Positions 57,423 through 64,000 of a stretch of 64,000 nucleotides of DNA are shown here, piece by piece (position 1 is the stretch's first letter; each line of letters begins with the position of its first letter). The notes under the pieces were generated by a model. The model did not search any database, was not told where the DNA came from, and worked only from the letters and a program-made list of their open reading frames with translations. A program made the position numbers and the translations under genes. Location: positions 155,870 to 219,869 of the forward strand of contig CBDIHI010000007.1 of the NCBI GenBank assembly GCA_965279075.1, given 5' to 3'. This DNA is from Burkholderiales bacterium (GTDB lineage Bacteria; Pseudomonadota; Gammaproteobacteria; Burkholderiales; SG8-39).

Positions 57423-58790
57423 ATGATAACCGCTATGAAAATCGACCGCCGTTTCACGTACTCGGATGAGCAGTTGCGTGGGTTCGCGCAGGACGTCCTC
57501 GACCACGCGCTCGCGCTCGGCGCCTCCGGGTGCGAGTGCGACGTCTCGGAGGGGTTCGGCCTCTCGGTGACCGTGCGCAAGGGGGAGATCGACACGCTCG
57601 AGCACAACCGCGACAAGGGGATCGGCGTGTCGGTCCACTTCGGCTCCCGGCCCCACGTGAAGCGCGGCCACGCCAGCACCTCGGATTTTTCCCCGGCGGC
57701 GCTGCGCCAGACGGTGGAGGCCGCGGTCGCGATCGCCCGTCACACGGCCGAGGACGACTGCGCGGGGCTGCCCGACGCGGACCAGATGGCGCGCGACCTG
57801 CCCGACCTCGACCTCTACCACCCGTGGCACGTGTCGCCCGAGGATGCGATCGACATCGCGAAGCGCTGCGAGGCGGCGGCGTTCGGGCTGTCCCCCAAAC
57901 TGAAGAACACCGAGGGCACCTCGGTCTCGGCCCAACACTCGCAGTTCGTCTTCGCCAACAGCCTGGGGTTCATGGCCGGGTTCCCGACCTCGAGGCATTC
58001 GCTCGGCTGCTCGATGATCGCCGGGGAGAAAGGCCAGATGCAGCGCGACGACTGGTACAGCTCGACGCGGGTGCCTTCGAAAATCGCCGATCCCGAGGCG
58101 CTGGGCCGCTACGCGGGCGAACGCGCGCTGGCCCGCCTGCGCGCGAAGAAGATTTCCACCTGCCAGGCGCCGGTGCTGTTCGAGGCGCCGCTGGCCGGCG
58201 GACTGATCGGCCATTTCGTCTCGGCCGTGAGCGGCGGCAGCCTGTACCGCAAGTCGACCTTCCTCCTCGACAGCCTCGGCAAGCAGGTGTTCCCGAAGCA
58301 TGTGTCGATCGAAGAGAGGCCGCACGAGCGCCAGGCCATGGCGAGTTCGCCGTTCGACGAGGAGGGCGTGGCCACGCAGTCCCGCAGCATCGTGAAGGAC
58401 GGCGTGGTGGAGGGCTACTTCCTCGGGACGTACTCCGCGCGCAAGCTCGGCATGCAGAGCACCGGCAGCTCCGGCGGCAACCACAACCTGGTGATCCGGC
58501 CCGGGGACCTCGACTTTCGCGCGATGCTCAGGAAGATGCACCGCGGCCTGCTGGTGACCGAGCTGCTCGGCCAGGGCATGAACCTGATCACCGGGGACTA
58601 CTCCCGCGGCGCGGCCGGCTACTGGGTCGAGAACGGCGAGATCCAGTACCCGGTGGAGGAGATCACCATCGCGGGCAACCTCGCCGAGATGTTCAAGTCC
58701 ATCGTCGCGGTGGGCAATGACGTCCTGGTGCGCGGCTCCCGCGCGACCGGCTCCATCCTCGTCGGCAACATGACGATCGCCGGGAACTGA
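57423..58790 (+). CDS. pmbA: Metalloprotease PmbA (TldE)
   Basis: PmbA/TldD family blocks throughout. The C-terminus has GDYSRGAAGYWVENGEI. The start is either 57423 or 57435. Confidence 0.93.
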   Translation: MITAMKIDRRFTYSDEQLRGFAQDVLDHALALGASGCECDVSEGFGLSVTVRKGEIDTLEHNRDKGIGVSVHFGSRPHVKRGHASTSDFSPAALRQTVEAAVAIARHTAEDDCAGLPDADQMARDLPDLDLYHPWHVSPEDAIDIAKRCEAAAFGLSPKLKNTEGTSVSAQHSQFVFANSLGFMAGFPTSRHSLGCSMIAGEKGQMQRDDWYSSTRVPSKIADPEALGRYAGERALARLRAKKISTCQAPVLFEAPLAGGLIGHFVSAVSGGSLYRKSTFLLDSLGKQVFPKHVSIEERPHERQAMASSPFDEEGVATQSRSIVKDGVVEGYFLGTYSARKLGMQSTGSSGGNHNLVIRPGDLDFRAMLRKMHRGLLVTELLGQGMNLITGDYSRGAAGYWVENGEIQYPVEEITIAGNLAEMFKSIVAVGNDVLVRGSRATGSILVGNMTIAGN

Positions 58791-58797
58791 GGCCGGC

Positions 58798-59418
58798 CTA
58801 GAACAGCGCGAACAGCGCGACCACGAAGACCACGAGGCTGCCGCCCGCCAGCCAGATCAGGCTCGCGTTGTCGACCTTGGGCTTGTCGGGGTCGTCCGCC
58901 ACCGGCTCGGGATGGTGCTCGTCGTGGTGCTCTTCCTCGTGGTGCGCCTCCGCGCCCCCGGCGTGGTGCCCCGGATTCTGGCTCGCGACCTTGGCATTGA
59001 AGGCGTTGAAGAACTCTTCCGAGAGCTTCTTGGCCGCCGCGTCCACGAGGCGCGAGCCGATCTGCGCGAGCTTGCCGCCGACGTTGGCCTTGACCTGGTA
59101 GGTGAGCTTCGTGCCGCCGTCCCCGGGCGCGAGCTGCACCTGGGCGCCGCCCTTGCCGAAGCCCGCCACGCCGCCCTGGCCTTCGAAGGCGATTGAGTAG
59201 GAGTTCGGCGGGTTCAGGTCGGACAGCGCGAGCTTGCCCTTGAACTTGGCCGAAACGGGGCCGATCCGCGCCGTCATCAGCACCTGGTACTCGTTCTCCG
59301 CGGTCAGCGTGATCGACTCGCAGCCGGGCACGCAGGCCTTGAGGATCTCGGGGTCGTTGAGCGCAGCCCAGGTGGCGGCCTGCGAGGCCGGGATGAGCTG
59401 TTCGCCGGACATTTCCAT
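58798..59418 (-). CDS. coxG: CoxG-family SRPBCC protein with a His/Glu-rich linker and a C-terminal TM anchor
   Basis: The CoxG-like core begins MSGEQLIPASQAATWAALNDPEILKACVPGCES. The tail is HHAGGAEAHHEEEHHDEHHPEP followed by the hydrophobic stretch LIWLAGGSLVVFVVALFALF. Confidence 0.85.
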   Translation of the reverse strand: MEMSGEQLIPASQAATWAALNDPEILKACVPGCESITLTAENEYQVLMTARIGPVSAKFKGKLALSDLNPPNSYSIAFEGQGGVAGFGKGGAQVQLAPGDGGTKLTYQVKANVGGKLAQIGSRLVDAAAKKLSEEFFNAFNAKVASQNPGHHAGGAEAHHEEEHHDEHHPEPVADDPDKPKVDNASLIWLAGGSLVVFVVALFALF

Positions 59419-59431
59419 GCGGGTCTTCCTT

Positions 59432-60673
59432 TCAGTGTGTGCGTTGCGCGGCGTGACCCGGAACACGGCCGGGGCGGACCACGCGCTCGGCGGGCTCGCC
59501 CATGATGCGGGCCAGGTCGATCAGGCTTTTAAGATTATGCACCGGCAGGAAGCGGTCCACGTAAGGCAGCATCGCGCGCACGCCGGCGGGCTTGGCCTCG
59601 AACTTGTCGTACCTGAGCAGCGGGTTCATCCAGATCAGGTGCTTGCAGGCCATGTGCAGGCGCTCCATTTCCTCGGACAGCCCATCGCCCGCCTCGCGGT
59701 CGAGGCCGTCGGTCACCAGCAGCAGGCACGCATTCTGGCCCAGCACGCGCCGCGCCCAGCGCCAGTTGAAGTCGTGCAGGCAGGTGCCGATCCGCGTGCC
59801 GCCCGACCAGTCCTTGATCGCGTCGGCCACGCGCGTCATCGCCACGTCCACGTCGCGGTGCTTCAGCTGGCGCGTCACGTTGGTCAGGCGCGTGCCGAAC
59901 ACGAACACGCTCACGCGGTCGCGGTCGTTGGTGATCGCGTGCAGGAAGTGCAGGAACATGCGCGCATAGGGATTCATCGAGCCCGAGATGTCGCAGAGGA
60001 CCACCAGCGGGGGATGCAGGGTCTTGGGCGCGGTGCGCACCAGCGGGATCAGCGCGCCGCCTTCCCTGAGGCTCGCGCGCATCGTGGCGCGCAGGTTGAT
60101 GCGCTGGCCGCGCGCGTCCGGCGCGTAGCGGCGCGTGCGGATCTCGGGCAGCGGCAGGCGCAATTGCGAGAGCATCTTCTTCGCCTCGGCGAGCTCGGCC
60201 GCGGTCATCGTGTCGAAGTCCATGCGCTGCAGGACTTCCTTGGAGGAGAAGGTGAGCTTGGCGTCGAGCTCGACCTTCTGCTCGGGCTCGTCTTCCGGCT
60301 GGTCGCGCTTGGGCTGGTTGTAGAGCGCGTCCGTCAGGCGCTGGCTCTGTTCCTGCTCCTCGCGGCCGGTCTTGCCGTAGGTCGCGGGCAGCATCGCCTG
60401 CATCATCTTCTCCAGCAGCTTCGGGTCGCGCCAGAAGATCTGGAAGGCCTGGTCGAAGATCGGGCGCTGCTCCTCCCGCGACAGGAAGATCGCCGACATC
60501 GTCCAGTAGAAGTCGTCGCGCCGGTCGGTGCCCGCCAGTTCGATCGCCTTCATGCAGTCGATCACCCGGTCCGGGCCCACGCGCAGCCCGGCGCCGCGCA
60601 GGATGCGCGCGAAGTGCATCACGTTCTCGGCGAGCTTGCCGCGGCCGGGCGCGGATTCCGGCAGGATGAGCAT
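59432..60673 (-). CDS. coxE: VWA domain-containing CoxE-like protein
   Basis: MIDAS-like motif VVLCDISGSM and CoxE-type N-terminal blocks. Confidence 0.88.
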   Translation of the reverse strand: MLILPESAPGRGKLAENVMHFARILRGAGLRVGPDRVIDCMKAIELAGTDRRDDFYWTMSAIFLSREEQRPIFDQAFQIFWRDPKLLEKMMQAMLPATYGKTGREEQEQSQRLTDALYNQPKRDQPEDEPEQKVELDAKLTFSSKEVLQRMDFDTMTAAELAEAKKMLSQLRLPLPEIRTRRYAPDARGQRINLRATMRASLREGGALIPLVRTAPKTLHPPLVVLCDISGSMNPYARMFLHFLHAITNDRDRVSVFVFGTRLTNVTRQLKHRDVDVAMTRVADAIKDWSGGTRIGTCLHDFNWRWARRVLGQNACLLLVTDGLDREAGDGLSEEMERLHMACKHLIWMNPLLRYDKFEAKPAGVRAMLPYVDRFLPVHNLKSLIDLARIMGEPAERVVRPGRVPGHAAQRTH

Positions 60674-60710
60674 GGTGCGCGAAGCGGGAGGGGCGGGCGG
60701 CCGGGCGCGG

Positions 60711-61637
60711 TCAGGCCGCGGCGGCCGACTGTGCCTCGGCGGTCAGGCGTTTGGCTTCCTCGCCGGCGATGCGCTCGATGTCGTCCTGGTACTTGAGCAG
60801 CACGCCGAGGGTGTCGTTGACCGTTTGCGGGTCGAGCGCGATCTTGTCGAGGGCCACGAGCGCGTTGGCCCAGTCGATGGTCTCGGCCACGCCGGGCAGC
60901 TTGAAGAGGTCCACGGTGCGCAGGCGCTGCACGAAAGCCACGATCTCGCGCGACAGGTTTTCCGCGGCCTTCGGCGCCTTGCGGCGCAGGATGTCCAGCT
61001 CGCGCACGGCATCGGGGTAGTCGACCCAGTGGTAGAGGCAGCGGCGCTTGACCGCGTCGTGGATCTCCCTGGTGCGGTTGGAGGTGATCACGACGATCGG
61101 CGGCTCGGCCGCCTTGATCGTGCCGGTCTCGGGAATCGTGATCTGGAAGTCGGACAGCACTTCGAGCAGGTAGGCCTCGAACGGCTCGTCGGTGCGGTCG
61201 AGTTCGTCGATCAGGAGCACCGGCGCCTTGCCCGGCTTGCCTTCGAGCGCGCGGGCCAGCGCGCGCTTGATGAGGAAGCGCTCGGAGAAGATGTCCGCGG
61301 AGAGCTTTTCCTTGGATTTCTCGCCCGAGGCTTCGGCCAGCCGGATCTCGATCATCTGGCGCGAGTAGTTCCACTCGTAGGCCGCCTGTGCGATGTCGAG
61401 GCCCTCGTAGCACTGCAGCCGGATCAGCTCGCGGCCCAGCGAAGCCGCCATGACCTTGGCGATCTCGGTCTTGCCGACGCCGGCCTCGCCCTCCAGGAAG
61501 AGCGGGCGTTTCATCGCCAGCGCGAGGAACACCGAGGTCGCCAGGCTGCGGTCGGCGACGTAGTCGGCCGAGGTCAGGAGCTTGAGCGTGTCGTCGATGG
61601 ACGCCGGGACGGCGGGGCTTGCAGAGGCAGCGTTCAT
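60711..61637 (-). CDS. coxD: MoxR-type AAA+ ATPase (CoxD-like)
   Basis: Walker A GEAGVGKT, Walker B LLIDELDR, and SNRTREIHDAVKRRC. The start is placed at MNAASAS. Confidence 0.9.
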   Translation of the reverse strand: MNAASASPAVPASIDDTLKLLTSADYVADRSLATSVFLALAMKRPLFLEGEAGVGKTEIAKVMAASLGRELIRLQCYEGLDIAQAAYEWNYSRQMIEIRLAEASGEKSKEKLSADIFSERFLIKRALARALEGKPGKAPVLLIDELDRTDEPFEAYLLEVLSDFQITIPETGTIKAAEPPIVVITSNRTREIHDAVKRRCLYHWVDYPDAVRELDILRRKAPKAAENLSREIVAFVQRLRTVDLFKLPGVAETIDWANALVALDKIALDPQTVNDTLGVLLKYQDDIERIAGEEAKRLTAEAQSAAAA

Positions 61638-61678
61638 TTCGGGAGCCGGTACGGGGGAGGAACCCCATTTTCCGGCAT

Positions 61679-62530
61679 TTAGCCGAAGAGTTCCACCCGG
61701 CGGCGGTATTCGGAGGGCGGGATGCCGAGGTTTTGGCGGAAAAAGCGCGTGAAATGCTGCGGCTCGGAAAACCCGAGCGAATCCGACAGCGTCGAGATCG
61801 ACGCATCGCTCCCGGTCAGCCGGCCGAACGCGGACTCCATGCGCAGCGTGTTGAGGTAGAGGGCCGGGGACACCGAGGTACACCCCCGGAAAAGGTGGAA
61901 GAAGTGCGGCCGTGACAGGCCGCAGACCTTCGCGAGCTCGTCGATCGAGAGTCCGGTGTCGAGGTGCTCCTTCATGAACCGAATCGCGCGGTTGATGCGC
62001 GGGTCGGCGAGGCGCCCGAGGCTCGCGCGATAGATTTCCATGCGGTCGCGCCATGCGGAGAACTCGTAGATCACCGACATCATCAGCTCGAAGAGCTCGA
62101 TTTCCCAGCGCGCCTGGTCACGCTCATCGAGGGAGGACCCGAGCATCTCGTCGACGAGCCGGTCGGCAAGCGCGCGCACGTACGCCGGGATGCGTGCGCA
62201 AGGCTCGGGGAAAAAGCCGCCCAGACCGCTGACCGAGAGGTTCGCGTCCAGCCCGGCAAGCCATTCGGGTTCGATGTAGAGCGCGAGCACCGTGGAGCGC
62301 TCGTGCGTCGCCCGGTGCACTTTGGAGTGGGGCTCCCAGGCGTTCACCAGCACCAGCGTCTCGGCGGTCAGCGGGTGCAGGCGGTCGCGCACATGGAACG
62401 AGGTGTCGGCGCCGCTCGCCTTGATGAGCACGTGGCACTGCGGGTGGGTGTGCGGCACGAGATCCTGGTCGGAATCGAGCAGCGCGACCCGGCCGAAACG
62501 GCCCTGTAAGAGCTTCAAAGCACTGGTCAT
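61679..62530 (-). CDS. AraC family transcriptional regulator
   Basis: The C-terminal double HTH has LSIDELAKVCGLSRPHFFHLFR...GFSEPQHFTRFFR. Confidence 0.88.
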   Translation of the reverse strand: MTSALKLLQGRFGRVALLDSDQDLVPHTHPQCHVLIKASGADTSFHVRDRLHPLTAETLVLVNAWEPHSKVHRATHERSTVLALYIEPEWLAGLDANLSVSGLGGFFPEPCARIPAYVRALADRLVDEMLGSSLDERDQARWEIELFELMMSVIYEFSAWRDRMEIYRASLGRLADPRINRAIRFMKEHLDTGLSIDELAKVCGLSRPHFFHLFRGCTSVSPALYLNTLRMESAFGRLTGSDASISTLSDSLGFSEPQHFTRFFRQNLGIPPSEYRRRVELFG

Positions 62531-62646
62531 GAAGGGGATTTTAGGCCCGGGGGTGGGTCGCGGCAACGCAGTTTCGCCGGGGGGGCGGCTGAATAATCAG
62601 ACTCCCCGGTAGCCATGCCGGGCAGGTGCCGGTGCATCATGCGGGG

Positions 62647-63525
62647 ATGAAATCCGCCCCTTTCGAATACACCCGCGTCGCCACGCTGGACGAGGCCTGC
62701 GCGCTCCTCGCCGAGCACGGCCCGGACGCCAAGCTGATCGCCGGCGGCCAGAGCCTCGTGCCGATGATGGCCATGCGCCTCGCCCGGCCCGCCTGGCTGG
62801 TCGACATCAACCGCCTGGACGAACTCAAGCACGTCGCGCTGCAGGACGATGCGCTGGTCGTCGGCTCCGCCGTGCGCCAGTGCGTGATCGAACGGGATGC
62901 GCTCGCCCACGCGCAGCTGCCCCTGCTCCTCAAGGCGCTGAAGTGGGTCGGCCACGTGCAGACGCGCAACCGCGGCACGGTCGGCGGATCCATCGTGCAT
63001 GCCGACCCTTCGGCCGAGATTCCCCTGGTGGCCTGCGTGCTGGACGCCACGCTCGTGCTGCAGGACGCCGGCGGCCGGAGCGAGGTGCCGGCACGCGAGT
63101 TCTTCTTCGCCCCGATGGTGACCGCAATCGCCCCCGAGCAGTGCCTGGCGGAGATCCGCTTCCCGGTCTGGGGCCATGCGCGGCCCGGCTCGGCCTTCGA
63201 GGAGGTCAGCATCCGGCACGGCGACTTCGCGCTCGTGTCGGCCTGTGCGCAGGTCGCTCTGGACGCGGACGGGCGATGCCTGAAGGCGGAGCTCGGCATC
63301 GGCGGGGCCTCGCCCTTCCCGCACGCGCTGCCGGAGATAGGCGAGATGCTTGCGGGCAAGGTGCTGGACGACATGCTGGTCGAGGACGCGTCCGTCGTGG
63401 CGGCCGGCCTCATCGACCCCGACGGCGACCTGCATGCGACGGCCGACTACCGGCGCTTCCTCGCGCGGGTCATGGCCGGGCGCGTGCTCAAGGCGGCGCG
63501 CGACGACGCGAAGGAAAGGGCATGA
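62647..63525 (+). CDS. Molybdenum hydroxylase FAD-binding medium subunit (CoxM/CutM-like)
   Basis: Carries FEY..ATLDEA, KLIAGGQSLVPMM and RNRGTVGGSI blocks. Confidence 0.88.
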   Translation: MKSAPFEYTRVATLDEACALLAEHGPDAKLIAGGQSLVPMMAMRLARPAWLVDINRLDELKHVALQDDALVVGSAVRQCVIERDALAHAQLPLLLKALKWVGHVQTRNRGTVGGSIVHADPSAEIPLVACVLDATLVLQDAGGRSEVPAREFFFAPMVTAIAPEQCLAEIRFPVWGHARPGSAFEEVSIRHGDFALVSACAQVALDADGRCLKAELGIGGASPFPHALPEIGEMLAGKVLDDMLVEDASVVAAGLIDPDGDLHATADYRRFLARVMAGRVLKAARDDAKERA

Positions 63526-64000
63526 ACGAGAAACTTTATCCGGTGACGATCACGGTCAATGGCGTTCTGCGCACGGCCGAGGTGCCCTCCCGCCTCACGC
63601 TGGTCGATTTCCTGCGCGATACGCTGCGCCTCACCGGCACGCACGTGGGCTGCGAGCACGGCATCTGCGGCGCGTGCTCGATCCTGCTCGACAACGAGCC
63701 GGTGCGCTCCTGCCTGATGTACGCGGTGCAGGTTGACGGATGCTCGGTCACGACTGTCGAGGGACTCACGCGTCCCGACGGCACGGCAAGCCCCCTGCAG
63801 GACGCCTTCTGCGAGGCGCACGGCCTGCAGTGCGGCTACTGCACGCCCGGCATGATCGTGGCCTCCCATGCACTGCTCGAGGCGAACCCGTCCCCGAGCG
63901 AGGCCGAGATCCGCGACGCGATCGGCGGCAACCTGTGCCGCTGCACGGGCTACCGGCAGATCGTGGATGCGGTCCAGCTCGCGGCCAGGAACCTTGCCAA
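63522..64000 (+). CDS. (2Fe-2S)-binding small subunit (CoxS/CutS-like), truncated by the window end
   Basis: My own translation gives [14 protein letters not shown]...[11 protein letters not shown]...CGYCTPGM...NLCRCTGY. It is ATGA-coupled to the FAD subunit and is not in the ORF track because no stop falls within the window. Confidence 0.88.
   Translation, partial: MNEKLYPVTITVNGVLRTAEVPSRLTLVDFLRDTLRLTGTHVGCEHGICGACSILLDNEPVRSCLMYAVQVDGCSVTTVEGLTRPDGTASPLQDAFCEAHGLQCGYCTPGMIVASHALLEANPSPSEAEIRDAIGGNLCRCTGYRQIVDAVQLAARNLA

Overview
The window is GC-rich (about two-thirds G+C by eye, not computed) and densely coding. Its gene content looks like the core chromosome of a betaproteobacterium; this is an inference from orphan Bug/TctC binding proteins, the hda-perM/purM layout, pcnB-folK...panBC, and metG/apbC. 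I support about 58 CDS, 2 transposase relics, 1 sigma54 promoter with upstream activator boxes, 2 candidate repressor operators and a few intrinsic terminators. I found no rRNA, tRNA or CRISPR array, and no intact mobile element. Housekeeping genes include panBC, folK, pcnB, hda, purM, dnaE, metG, apbC, dcd, folA, thyA, mog, yjgA and pmbA. Accessory blocks lie between them: (1) a Bug SBP, cytoplasmic sulfatase and GntR module; (2) a NarL-type regulator with a hybrid kinase; (3) an orphan fdrA/ylbE/ylbF/carbamate-kinase cluster; (4) a pilin-fold gene with no prepilin leader; (5) a GlrK(QseE)-QseG-GlrR(QseF) module; (6) a receiver-Hanks kinase fusion start/stop-overlapped with thyA, divergent from a 503-aa protein with a PilZ-like signature; (7) a TetR/MFP/RND efflux unit; (8) an exported methyltransferase-fold protein, a hemerythrin and a degenerate IS256-like ORF; (9) a CoxMS(L)-type molybdenum hydroxylase locus with AraC and coxD-coxE-coxG. 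The strongest lead is block 5. It is followed by a consensus sigma54 promoter and two TGTC-N10-GAC(A/G) boxes that drive a glycine-zipper envelope protein, and the whole block sits on the opposite strand between thyA and folA, with an IS5 relic near its thyA-proximal end. Many long off-frame or antisense ORFs in the track are GC-composition artefacts and were rejected. All family assignments rest on motif or sequence recognition by eye; no database search was run.
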